Position numbers and translations under genes: made by a program
NCBI GenBank assembly: GCA_963804995.1
Contig: CAWDSK010000001.1
Coordinates: forward strand, 352,001-416,000
DNA length: 64,000 bases
Direction: 5' to 3'
Origin: an uncultured Acidobacteriota bacterium
Lineage (GTDB): Bacteria; Acidobacteriota; Terriglobia; UBA7540
Shown here: piece after piece, positions 54,594-63,362 of the stretch
Layout of the letters: each line of letters opens with the position of its first letter
Numbering within the stretch: position 1 is the first letter of the stretch
Notes under the pieces: model-generated
Seen by the model: the letters and a program-made list of their open reading frames with translations, nothing else
Told to the model about the DNA's origin: nothing
The model's database searches: none

Positions 54594-54646
54594 TCCCCTC
54601 CTCAGATGAGGAGGGGTGGCGCGCCGAGCGCCGGGGTGGTGCTGAC
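54594..54646. repeat. REP element CTCCCCTCCTCAGATGAGGAGGGGTGGCG... (empty site of the 49469 MITE)
   Basis: Matches 49454-49610 once the 99-bp insert and one AGAT are removed. Confidence 0.8.
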
Positions 54647-54696
54647 ATACTGCACAGCCATGGCGTGCCCTCGCTTCTTGGAACCGAGGCACGTCA

Positions 54697-55221
54697 ATGC
54701 TCGAAGACAAACTCGGCAAGAGATATTCCCTGTGGCTAATGCCGAGGGGCGACGTCCACGAACAACTGGCGCGAGTACTTCACGGCTTGGCTGCCCAGTG
54801 CGGGGCGCCGGAATTTCCACCGCACGTCACGCTTCTGGGCAGTATCGTGGGAGAGCGCCGCGAGGTTGTCCGCAAATCCGCGGAACTCGCCACCCTCCTT
54901 CATCCCTTCACGATTCGTCTGGGAAAGATCGATTATCTCGACGCATACTTTCGCTGCCTTTTCGTTCGCGCGGCGGCTACCGCACCGCTTCGGGAGGCTC
55001 ACCGCAGCGCGCGGACCCTGTTGGAGCGTCCCCGTGAGCCTGCTTTCATGCCTCACCTGAGTCTCTTGTACGGAAATTTCACCCCAAGTTTTAAGGAAGG
55101 CCTGATTGCCAAACTAGGCCCGCGGATGGACCTGGAATTCAAGGTGCGGAGCCTCGGCCTTTATTCGACCGACGGTGAGCCGCGCCGGTGGCGCCAGGTG
55201 GCAACGTTCGGGTTGAAGTGA
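54697..55221 (+). CDS. 2H phosphoesterase (cyclic phosphodiesterase / 2'-5' RNA ligase family)
   Basis: Two HxT/S motifs: PHVTL and PHLSL. Confidence 0.88.
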   Translation: MLEDKLGKRYSLWLMPRGDVHEQLARVLHGLAAQCGAPEFPPHVTLLGSIVGERREVVRKSAELATLLHPFTIRLGKIDYLDAYFRCLFVRAAATAPLREAHRSARTLLERPREPAFMPHLSLLYGNFTPSFKEGLIAKLGPRMDLEFKVRSLGLYSTDGEPRRWRQVATFGLK

Positions 55222-55340
55222 GGGTAGCGCAGTGCCGCAGGACAGCAAGCAAAACGAAACTCTCTGTGTCCTCTGTGCCTCCCAAGCTTTAACACAGACT
55301 ACACAGAGCAGCTCAGTGACCTCTGTGTGAAAAGCTCTTC

Positions 55341-55486
55341 GGAAACGGTGTCAGCTACCCTTTTCTTTTCAATTACCGAAGCAGGCGGTTCGGTTCGGAG
55401 CCCTGGGTGTCGAAGGCGGTGGCGCAGTTTGGATTGGAAAATCACAACCCCTGGCGCCCCAAAAAGGGTACCTGACACCGTTCTCC
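55341..55486 (+). mobile_element. Array repeat copy 1: inverted-repeat-bounded unit carrying a RAYT-like transposase 3' end
   Basis: GGAAACGGTGTCAGCTACCCTTTT...AAAAGGGTACCTGACACCGTTCTCC; direct repeat of the 56133 and 58199 copies. Confidence 0.8.
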
Positions 55487-55489
55487 TCC

Positions 55490-55816
55490 TCACTCAAGAA
55501 TTGTCCCCACCTTTGCCAGAACCTCGTCCATGATCGCAGCGGGCACGTTTTCCAACTTTCTGCCGTGGCGCGCGCCGAGATCGAGCGCACGCGGCTGGTC
55601 GCAGCGGATAACGCCGGTGGTTTTCGTGCCTGCGCCGGAGAGAGATACCGCAAATCCAGCCGTCCGCGCGAAATTGCCGCCGCTGGTGATGGGGAGGACC
55701 ACAGGCACCTTGGTGACTTGGTTAAAGGCATCGGGCGAGATGATCAGGACAGGGCGCCGGCCCTTTTGCTCGTGTCCTTCCGCGGGATCAAGCCCCCAGA
55801 TTTCTCCCCTTCTCAT
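55490..55816 (-). CDS. pemK: PemK/Kid (MazF-family) endoribonuclease toxin
   Basis: GHEQ.G.RPVL, PITSGGNFARTAGFAVSL, RCDQPR, as in R1/R100 Kid/PemK. Confidence 0.92.
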   Translation of the reverse strand: MRRGEIWGLDPAEGHEQKGRRPVLIISPDAFNQVTKVPVVLPITSGGNFARTAGFAVSLSGAGTKTTGVIRCDQPRALDLGARHGRKLENVPAAIMDEVLAKVGTILE

Positions 55817-56073
55817 CAGATCATCTCCCGGCCTACAGGCTTGTTATCGAGCCATTCCCGATCCTCTTTCGTGCGGCGAGCCTTGGAGTCGCACTGGGCG
55901 AGCAGTTCGTCCAGGGTGTAGCGGGGCCGTTTGGGCGGCTCCACCACCAACCGGCCGCGTTCGATTGCCATGCCGACCTTGGTCCCCGACCGCAAGCCCA
56001 GGATGTCGAGCACGGCGCGCGGGACGGCCAGCATGACCGAGCCCCCGACCTTGCGCAGATGGGTTGTGTGCAT
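55816..56073 (-). CDS. pemI: PemI/Kis (AbrB/MazE-fold) antitoxin
   Basis: MHTTHLRKVGGSVML, RPRYTLDELLAQCD, REWLD; TGA/ATG coupling to the toxin gene. Confidence 0.92.
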   Translation of the reverse strand: MHTTHLRKVGGSVMLAVPRAVLDILGLRSGTKVGMAIERGRLVVEPPKRPRYTLDELLAQCDSKARRTKEDREWLDNKPVGREMI

Positions 56074-56087
56074 AGCCACTCCTTTCG

Positions 56088-56109
56088 ATTATATTTCAAT
56101 ATAACATCC
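56088..56109 (-). promoter_or_regulatory. pemIK/parD-type palindromic operator
   Basis: Minus strand GGATGTTATATTGAAATATAAT just upstream of the RBS; resembles the R1 parD operator as recalled, not checked. Confidence 0.65.
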
Positions 56110-56132
56110 TTTGTGAGGATTCTCAACACGGG

Positions 56133-56283
56133 GGAAACGGGGCCAGGTACCCTTTTCTTTTCAATAAGCGAAGCAGGCCGTACGGTTCGGAGCCCTCGGG
56201 GTCGAAGGCGGTGGCGCAGTTTGGATTGGAAAATACCATCCGCAACCCCTGCGCCCCTAAAAGGGTACCTGACACCGTTCTCC
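56133..56283 (+). mobile_element. Array repeat copy 2
   Basis: Same ends and same internal sequence as copy 1. Confidence 0.8.
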
Positions 56284-56363
56284 CCTGCGTGTGTTTTCTG
56301 TGATCGCTTCAAACTTTTCGAGGTTTTCTAAAGCTAGGTTGGCAGCCCCTAGTTTATCCATGC

Positions 56364-56771
56364 TCATATAGCCACGGCCCCTCCAAGCTCAAAAATCTCC
56401 AGACGTTTCTTAGCAATCTCAACGTCTAGGTCGGCTAGCTCGCGGTTACACTCCATCATGCTCAGGGTGAAGACCGACTCGTCCGTCAGTGCCAGGTCGA
56501 GTTCCATACAGTGGTTGTGTTGCCATACTTTGGACTCACTATCCGTTACGAGCGCGGCCTTTCGCGTTTTTAGAATCTCCAGTTCGAGTTCCGCCCGTTG
56601 AGTATTTGGCATGGTCTGCATCTCCTTTGTGATCACGAGACGGTTAGGTGGCAAAGCCTCGACAAGGACCCTATCGCCTTCAAAAATCTGTACTTCCGAA
56701 AGAATTATCTGGGGAATTGAAATCACCATTGAACCAGCGACTTTTCGCAGCTTCACAATGTCCCGTGCCAT
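56364..56771 (-). CDS. AbrB/MazE-like DNA-binding domain fused to a helical C-terminal domain
   Basis: [15 protein letters not shown]...GDRVLV swapped-hairpin pattern. Confidence 0.65.
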   Translation of the reverse strand: MARDIVKLRKVAGSMVISIPQIILSEVQIFEGDRVLVEALPPNRLVITKEMQTMPNTQRAELELEILKTRKAALVTDSESKVWQHNHCMELDLALTDESVFTLSMMECNRELADLDVEIAKKRLEIFELGGAVAI

Positions 56772-56982
56772 GCACATACATTAACATATATATGGCTCGA
56801 CATCAAGCACTTTGTAATCAGGGGAAAAACCACCCACGCCGGGGATCCTCTAGCACGGTTTTCGGGCACTCCTCCGCGTCAGCCCCACCACCCCTTCCCC
56901 CATGGTGACCCTACTACTAAATATATATAATCCTACACTCCTGTCGCACAGCCCCCAGGCCGGGCGACTCCAAAATGCCCCG

Positions 56983-57996
56983 ATGCCCCTCAGCCGGACC
57001 GAAAGGATCGCGCTTGGAAAACAAAGGGTGAAAAACATCCTACAAAAGCACCTTGTCGCCACAATGCGGACCTTAGAGCAGAAGATCTCCGACGCAGGGC
57101 CATCAAACCAACGCATCAATCCTCACCTGCTCACCAGGGCGCTCCAAGAGCTCGAACAGGAAAAAAAGTTAGTCCGTCTTCAACGCGCTGGTGTCCCATG
57201 GTTCCACTTAGCTCAAACGAACCCGCAAGACGTAGACAGGCGGCTCCAAGTCCTAGAGCCTATTCACGCGGCTACCGTCAACGGGGAGTTCGTAAAGCGC
57301 TTGGGGCAATCACTTGAGATCGCTGTCTTTAAGGCACTCCGCGCCCAGACATCGCTCACTTTCTTTGGTGGGTTCCGAGACCTAGAGGAACACGACGACG
57401 ACTCGTTATACTCGCACGATGAACCCCCTAAAACCGTAAGCGGTCACACGATGCCTGGGAAACTAGACTTCATGGTTCTGGAAGGAGGGGCAATTGGAGC
57501 AATCGAAATAAAAAATACGCGACCTTGGATTTATCCTGACACCAGCGATGACGTACTTGAGCTTCTGCGCAAGTGTTGCGCTACTGACCTCGTTCCGGTG
57601 CTGATCGCTCGTAGGATTCACTACTCGACATTTTCCGTTCTCAGCCACTGCGGGGTTATTCTCCACCAGACCTATAACCAATTGTATCCACGATCAGACG
57701 CAGCCCTGGCTATGCAAGCGCGAGACAAGAACCTCCTTGGGTACCACGACATTCGCCTTGGGAACGAACCGGACGCCCGCCTAATTAAATTCATTCAGAC
57801 TAACCTACCTGCCCTGCTTCAGAGCTTCCGCGAACGGTTTGAACGCTTCAAGGACTTGCTGTGCGCGTACGCTCAGGGCGAGATGCGATACAAAGAATTC
57901 GCTGGCCGATCGAAGCGTAGACTTCGAGGCGAACCCGAGGACCTGCCTGAGTTCGAACCTCCAGACGAGTGGGAGATTCCAGACGATTACATGTAG
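56983..57996 (+). CDS. Hypothetical protein; putative wHTH plus PD-(D/E)XK restriction-endonuclease-like domain
   Basis: GQSLE...LDF...IEIKN pattern. Start position uncertain (ORF opens at 56902). Confidence 0.6.
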   Translation: MPLSRTERIALGKQRVKNILQKHLVATMRTLEQKISDAGPSNQRINPHLLTRALQELEQEKKLVRLQRAGVPWFHLAQTNPQDVDRRLQVLEPIHAATVNGEFVKRLGQSLEIAVFKALRAQTSLTFFGGFRDLEEHDDDSLYSHDEPPKTVSGHTMPGKLDFMVLEGGAIGAIEIKNTRPWIYPDTSDDVLELLRKCCATDLVPVLIARRIHYSTFSVLSHCGVILHQTYNQLYPRSDAALAMQARDKNLLGYHDIRLGNEPDARLIKFIQTNLPALLQSFRERFERFKDLLCAYAQGEMRYKEFAGRSKRRLRGEPEDLPEFEPPDEWEIPDDYM

Positions 57997-58088
57997 AGCA
58001 AACCTCTGGCGGCGCTCCGCTGATAGGGCCGGCTGCATAAAATTCAAAGGTGGTCTAGGTCTTGCGAGAGCCCACTTCCATACCCCCG

Positions 58089-58198
58089 AACGGCAGGCCC
58101 GGACCCGAACCGATGCCATCACGGCAGCAGATCGACCACGCCCGGAAGCTGATCGAGGACGGCCAGCGCCGCGAGGAGGTGGCCGCACTCCTGGAGCA
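58089..58198 (+). pseudogene. Fragment of a serine resolvase/invertase C-terminal HTH
   Basis: GRP...RQQIDHARKLIEDGQRREEVAALL, cut off at repeat copy 3. Confidence 0.6.
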
Positions 58199-58344
58199 GA
58201 AACGGTGTCAGACCCTTTTCTTTTCAATAAGCGAAGCAGGCCGTACGGTTCGGAGCCCTGGGTGTCGAAGGCGGTGGCGCAGTTTGGATTGAAAAATAAG
58301 ATCCGCAACCCCTGCCCCGAAAAGTGTTCCTGACACCGTTCTCC
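58199..58344 (+). mobile_element. Array repeat copy 3
   Basis: Same ends; the interior reads RSRPYGSEPWVSKAVAQFGLKNKIRNP. Confidence 0.8.
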
Positions 58345-58419
58345 CGAGGCGAGGACGCTTGCGAACGTGTATCGAAGATTCGTAGCAAAGACCGACCGTA
58401 GGCCTGGAAAGGAGCGTGG

Positions 58420-59553
58420 ATGATGTCAAACGACTTGTTCGTGCGCCTGTCAAAATATGCTCCCAGGGCGGGGAAAAGCGCCATTGAAAATTTCTTTACG
58501 GAACTGGTAGGCCATCTCCTAGCTCAGGAGGACGCGGCTCGCCAGGAGTTCCTCTGGTTCCTCCCGAGCAATCTAGCCGATAGTCTCCGCGATGCACAGG
58601 TCACAACGCAATATTCAACGGAGAGCAGGAACATTGACCTCGCCCACTTGCGCCCCGACCTAGTGCTGCGCTCGGGCGGATTAGAATTGATTGTTGAGAA
58701 TAAGGTGGATGACAAATTGGAGGAAAAGCAACTTCGCCAGTATCTTGACTATGCCCAGGAGCGACGCCATGCATATGTAGTGGTGGCCTCTAGAGCCCAC
58801 AACCCAACCGTCGAGAAATTCCAACACAACCCTCAGTTCCCTCGGTTTGAGGGTGAGATCCTTTGGTGGCAGGTTGCCGACCGATGGAGCAAAAGAAGAA
58901 CAGACTTCTCAGATAAGTATCTTATTGAGGGTGTACTCGAATTCATGGAGGAGAATCAGATGGGAGCATTTGAACCTTTCCAACAAAAAGAAATCTCTGC
59001 GCCGAATCTGTGGCGCGCCTTCGTCAAGAAAAGAGACCAGTTACTGTCCCGTCTTAGCATGAAAATCGGACAGGCCACGTTGCTTGAGGCTTGCGGATTG
59101 CGGTCGCGGGGGGTGTACCCAGATGGCGAAACCGCAGGGGCATTGAGCCGAAAAGGGTTGGTCTGGTTCAGTCCTAGAGACGGGAATGCCGGCAAAGCTG
59201 ACTTCTGGTATTCGCTCGGCTTCATATATGGTCGAGAGAAGTGGTTGCTCCCGCCTCTCGAAGAGGGCCAACCCGAGTGTATTGCTTTTGTAGGTGCTTG
59301 GCAGCCTGACAGGGTGAGGGACTTGATGGTTGAGGAGGCCAAGCGACTAAGCGCCGGCCTGAGCGCCCCGGTCTTTGAGGTCAGAGGCTCTGACGATCAG
59401 GGCGCCGTTTTCCTATTTCGCCGAAGGCACCTAAAGGATTTCTTAGATGAGACCGACCAGCCCGCAGCCATTCTCAATTTCCTTGAGGAGTCCCACAAGA
59501 AGCTTGAGGCTGTGGTGCCCAAGATTCACGAACACTACCGCCAGGGAACGTGA
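58420..59553 (+). CDS. PD-(D/E)XK nuclease superfamily protein (PDDEXK_4-like)
   Basis: ENFFTE...RPDL...IVENKV...QLRQY. Confidence 0.75.
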   Translation: MMSNDLFVRLSKYAPRAGKSAIENFFTELVGHLLAQEDAARQEFLWFLPSNLADSLRDAQVTTQYSTESRNIDLAHLRPDLVLRSGGLELIVENKVDDKLEEKQLRQYLDYAQERRHAYVVVASRAHNPTVEKFQHNPQFPRFEGEILWWQVADRWSKRRTDFSDKYLIEGVLEFMEENQMGAFEPFQQKEISAPNLWRAFVKKRDQLLSRLSMKIGQATLLEACGLRSRGVYPDGETAGALSRKGLVWFSPRDGNAGKADFWYSLGFIYGREKWLLPPLEEGQPECIAFVGAWQPDRVRDLMVEEAKRLSAGLSAPVFEVRGSDDQGAVFLFRRRHLKDFLDETDQPAAILNFLEESHKKLEAVVPKIHEHYRQGT

Positions 59554-59601
59554 CCCGGCGTGAGCTGCGAACCACACTGTCGGCATACTGACCGGGGGGG
59601 G

Positions 59602-59665
59602 TAACGGTGTCAGGGGGGGACCGAAAAGGGTACATAGCACCGTTCTCCCCTGACACCGTTCTCCC
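59602..59665 (+). repeat. Degenerate array repeat copy 4 (ends only, right end duplicated)
   Basis: AACGGTGTCAGG...CCGAAAAGGGTACATAGCACCGTTCTCCCCTGACACCGTTCTCCC. Confidence 0.7.
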
Positions 59666-59692
59666 AAGTCTTTGTGATACACTTTTGCCGCA

Positions 59693-60568
59693 ATGAGCAA
59701 TCTTTCGGAAACGGTCGCCAGACTAAGGCGCGACTTGGAGACGTTGCGAAGGGGAATAAGCGATCTTCGAGATGCAATACAGGAACACGCCCGCACCATA
59801 CATGACAAGGGTGAATATGAGAACCAAAAGACCCCAGTCTCGCCACCAGCAGTTGTCAAAATAGCGTTCGATGAAGATACGGTAGCTGACTCGAAAAGAG
59901 AGAACGAACGCCAACACCGCACTCAAAAGCAAATAAGGAACGCAACGCGAGCCGCAGTAATCGCAGCCGCCATCTATGCCCTCATATCGCTGGCCATATG
60001 GTTTCAAATGATAAAGCAGAACAAGATTTCAAGTGCTGAGCTTCGCCAGAGCACCGAATCGTTTCGCGTCGATGAGAGAGCTTGGATAGAAATTCAGCCG
60101 ATTAGGCCGATTCCCAGGACTCCGGCTTCGAGTGGTTTTGGGGCAATGTTTACCTATGACATTTTCCCGAAAAACGTCGGTAAGACTCCGGCCTACGACA
60201 TTGCCGTTAAGGCTGTACGCGGAGCGCCGATGTCCGGTCTTTCTTTGGGAGACAACGCCGATGAAATTATGTCTTACCAGAGAATGCTGCTGAAAAATAC
60301 ATTCGGAATGCCAGACGTTCTCATATCTAGAAGGGTCCCTAAAACGCTCGGTCCCGGTGAGGTTTCGAACGCCCCCTTTGATGTATATGGGCAGGAGCCG
60401 CAGAAGGGGCTCTACCAATTCCTGATCGGGCGCGTGGACTACACCGACGCGTTCCGAGTCCAACACTGGATGACATTCTGTCTGTTCATAGCCGATGGCA
60501 AGGGGGACCTTCAGTACTGTCAACAGGGTAACGACGAAGACCGAAATCCAGAGCTTCCGCCAAATTAG
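59693..60568 (+). CDS. Hypothetical single-pass membrane protein
   Basis: 291-aa ORF with an N-terminal coiled coil and one TM segment (AAVIAAAIYALISLAIWF). Confidence 0.65.
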   Translation: MSNLSETVARLRRDLETLRRGISDLRDAIQEHARTIHDKGEYENQKTPVSPPAVVKIAFDEDTVADSKRENERQHRTQKQIRNATRAAVIAAAIYALISLAIWFQMIKQNKISSAELRQSTESFRVDERAWIEIQPIRPIPRTPASSGFGAMFTYDIFPKNVGKTPAYDIAVKAVRGAPMSGLSLGDNADEIMSYQRMLLKNTFGMPDVLISRRVPKTLGPGEVSNAPFDVYGQEPQKGLYQFLIGRVDYTDAFRVQHWMTFCLFIADGKGDLQYCQQGNDEDRNPELPPN

Positions 60569-60623
60569 GGCACTAACTTACTTGACTCATCCACCTCTCT
60601 GGTTACCGATCCTCTCTTGAAAA

Positions 60624-60742
60624 CTGTCATCCTGAGCCCGTCTTTTGGGCGAAGGACCTCGGCATTTCGCCGGAGTGGGGGAGCGGAGCGAACTACCGAG
60701 GTCCTTCACCCCGATAAAGGGCGTCGGGGTTCAGGATGACAG
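60624..60742. repeat. REPIN-like element (GTCATCCTGAG...TCAGGATGAC family)
   Basis: Outer arms CTGTCATCCTGA/TCAGGATGACAG; inner arms GAAGGACCTCGG/CCGAGGTCCTTC. Confidence 0.8.
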
Positions 60743-61016
60743 GTTTGGAAAATGTTGCCCAACCCTTTTTTATCCGCGGTCCCTCTGCGGGATGAGTCAA
60801 GTAAGTTAGTGCCCAAATTAGGACACTACCCGGTATTGCATTACCGAGGCATCCCCCAGCCCAAGGGCGCCCGAAATCCCCCACCCTCACGGAGTAGTTG
60901 ACTTGCCAGGGGAATAAGCTTTCAATTGAGGCCAGCCGGCCGCCGTATGCGCCGCGGATCCTCCAACTTCCGGTGTTCATCGTGCGCAGAACGCCCTCCT
61001 CGCGAAAGGACAATCC

Positions 61017-63170
61017 GTGAACCCCCTGGACCCTATCCTCAAGCCCAAATCCATTGCGGTCGTCGGGACCTCCCGGAAAGAGAGATCGATTGGCCGCGAG
61101 ATCTTGCATCAGCTCATCGAGTTTGACTTTCAAGGCAAGCTCTTCCCGGTTAATCCCCACGCCGAGTCTATTCATTCCATCAAAGCCTTCCCCCGGGTGT
61201 CGTCGATTCCTGACCAGGTGGATTTGGCCATCATCGTGGTGCCGCGTGCTGAGGTCATGACCGTCATCGACAACTGTGGGACGAAAGGAGTGAAAGGGCT
61301 GGTGGTCATCACCGCGGGTTTCTCCGAGACCGGCGAGGAAGGGAAGCGCTTCGAAATCGAGCTGGGTGAACGGGTGCGGCGCTACGGCATGCGGATGATC
61401 GGGCCCAACTGCATGGGGATCATCAACACCGATCCCGCCGTCCGCATGGACGCGACTTTTGCCCCCACCCTCCCCCTGACCGGGCGAATCGCTTTCATGT
61501 CGCAGAGCGGCGCGCTGGGGGTGGCCATTCTCAATATTGCGCGCCAAATGGATATCGCCTTTTCCTACTTCGTGGGGCTGGGAAACTCAACTGATGTCTC
61601 CGGCATCGACATGCTGCTGTATTGGGAGGATGATCCCCAGACGGACTTGATCCTGATGTATCTCGAGTCGTTTGGAGACGCCAAGCGCTTCATACAGAAT
61701 TGCCGGCGCGTCTCGAAGCGCAAGCCGTTGCTGGTGGTTAAGTCGGGCCGGACGGAAGCCGGCGCGCGCGCCGCCACCTCCCACACCGGGGCGCTGGCCG
61801 CGCGCCAGGGGCTGGACATCGCCACGGACGCCCTCCTTGAGCAATGCGGCGTCCTGCGTGTGAATACGGTCGAGGAATTATTCGATCTCGCGCTCACCTT
61901 CTCGAAGAATCCCCTGCCGCGCGGAAACCGGTTGGGGATTCTCACCAATGCCGGCGGCCCCGCCATCATGGCTACGGACGCCGCCATCGCCAACGGGCTC
62001 GCCATGGCAAACTTTTCTGAGCGGACGTGCCAGGAGCTGCGGCGATTGCTTCCTCCCGAGGCGAGCATCCAGAACCCCGTGGACATGACTCCGCAATCAG
62101 ACCGCCGCAAGTATGACGCCTGCGCGCGCATTCTGCTGGAAGACGATGGCATTGACATGCTGCTGGTTGTCTTCGTTCCTCCCATGATGATCAGCGCCAT
62201 GGACATCATCCTGGGCCTGGAGGAGGTGCGTCATAAGTATCTGAAGCCTGTGGTCTCGGTCATGATGGCTCCGGAAGAATTCTTCACGGAGTTGAACCTG
62301 GACCATCCCAACCATCTGGCGCTTTACCTTTTCCCGGAGTCGGCGGTGAATGCACTGGCGGCGCTCAACCGCTATCGCTTGTGGCGCGAACGGCCGGTGG
62401 GAGAAGTGAAGCATTTCGAGGTTCGCCGCGGGGCGGCAGAGGAACTCCTTCACGAAGCGAGCAGCCAGGGTCGAGCCCAATTGGCCGCGGAGGAGAGCCT
62501 GCGCCTGATTGGGCATTACGGAATTCCCGTGCCGGAATCCACCACGGTCGCGAACCTGGAAGAGCTTAAACGCGTCTCCCGCGGCCTTCACTACCCGGTC
62601 GTCCTCAAAGCGGTTCTGCCGGAGCTTGTCCACAAGATGGAAGCAGGAGGCGTGGTTACGGATCTGCGTGGTCCGGAGGAACTCGTGGCGGCGGCGGAAA
62701 AAATGGCGGAGTCCGTCGCTCGCTATCAAGGGAGCACTGAGGCCGGAGAGAGGCGCCTCGGATTCCTGATTCAAGAATACGTGCGGGGCGGGCGCGAGGT
62801 CATTGTGGGCATGACGCTCGACCCGAAGTACGGGCCGCTGGTGATGTTCGGGCTGGGAGGCATTTACGTCGAAACCGTCAAAGACGTGGTCTTCCGCGTC
62901 CCGCCCCTCACCGACCTCGAGGCTAAGGATATGATCCGGCAAATTCGCGGCTATCGCTTGCTGGAGGGCGTGCGCGGCGAGGCCCCTGTGAATCTGGACG
63001 CGCTGGCGGAAATTCTGCAACGGTTCTCGCAACTCGTGGAGGAATTGCCGGAACTTGCCGAAATTGAAATCAACCCCCTGCTGGTTTTCCCGGAAGCCAA
63101 AGAGTTCCGCGCCGTCGACTCGCGGGTGCGTTTGTCGCAAACGCAGGAAATGCTGACTCGGTTTAGCTAG
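61017..63170 (+). CDS. Acetate/acyl-CoA ligase (ADP-forming) family, fused alpha-beta
   Basis: GPNCMG, SQSGALG, YLESF, SHTGAL, TNAGGP, ATP-grasp EIEINPL. Confidence 0.92.
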   Translation: MNPLDPILKPKSIAVVGTSRKERSIGREILHQLIEFDFQGKLFPVNPHAESIHSIKAFPRVSSIPDQVDLAIIVVPRAEVMTVIDNCGTKGVKGLVVITAGFSETGEEGKRFEIELGERVRRYGMRMIGPNCMGIINTDPAVRMDATFAPTLPLTGRIAFMSQSGALGVAILNIARQMDIAFSYFVGLGNSTDVSGIDMLLYWEDDPQTDLILMYLESFGDAKRFIQNCRRVSKRKPLLVVKSGRTEAGARAATSHTGALAARQGLDIATDALLEQCGVLRVNTVEELFDLALTFSKNPLPRGNRLGILTNAGGPAIMATDAAIANGLAMANFSERTCQELRRLLPPEASIQNPVDMTPQSDRRKYDACARILLEDDGIDMLLVVFVPPMMISAMDIILGLEEVRHKYLKPVVSVMMAPEEFFTELNLDHPNHLALYLFPESAVNALAALNRYRLWRERPVGEVKHFEVRRGAAEELLHEASSQGRAQLAAEESLRLIGHYGIPVPESTTVANLEELKRVSRGLHYPVVLKAVLPELVHKMEAGGVVTDLRGPEELVAAAEKMAESVARYQGSTEAGERRLGFLIQEYVRGGREVIVGMTLDPKYGPLVMFGLGGIYVETVKDVVFRVPPLTDLEAKDMIRQIRGYRLLEGVRGEAPVNLDALAEILQRFSQLVEELPELAEIEINPLLVFPEAKEFRAVDSRVRLSQTQEMLTRFS

Positions 63171-63362
63171 CGCTTAACCACCGGGCGAGGGGCTAAAAGG
63201 TCGGGCTCAGCTTGGCCTGTTAGTGCACTTTACTCTTGCAGGTTCGCGACTTTTTGTCATTGGTGGGACATGTCCCACTTGTTGCTCTCCGCGCGGCATA
63301 GCGCGCGAGGTCCCACTTACTTTCCCGCCTGCACGCGTTTTTTTCCTATGACTTTTGATGAG

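Noticed and set aside
55341..59665. Classical integron attC sites (the units do have AAC...GTT near their ends)
   Set aside because: The arms pair continuously, without the unpaired central spacer and extrahelical bases of attC. The ends do not fit RYYYAAC/GTTRRRY, cargo is in both orientations, and no intI is present. IntegronFinder would settle it.
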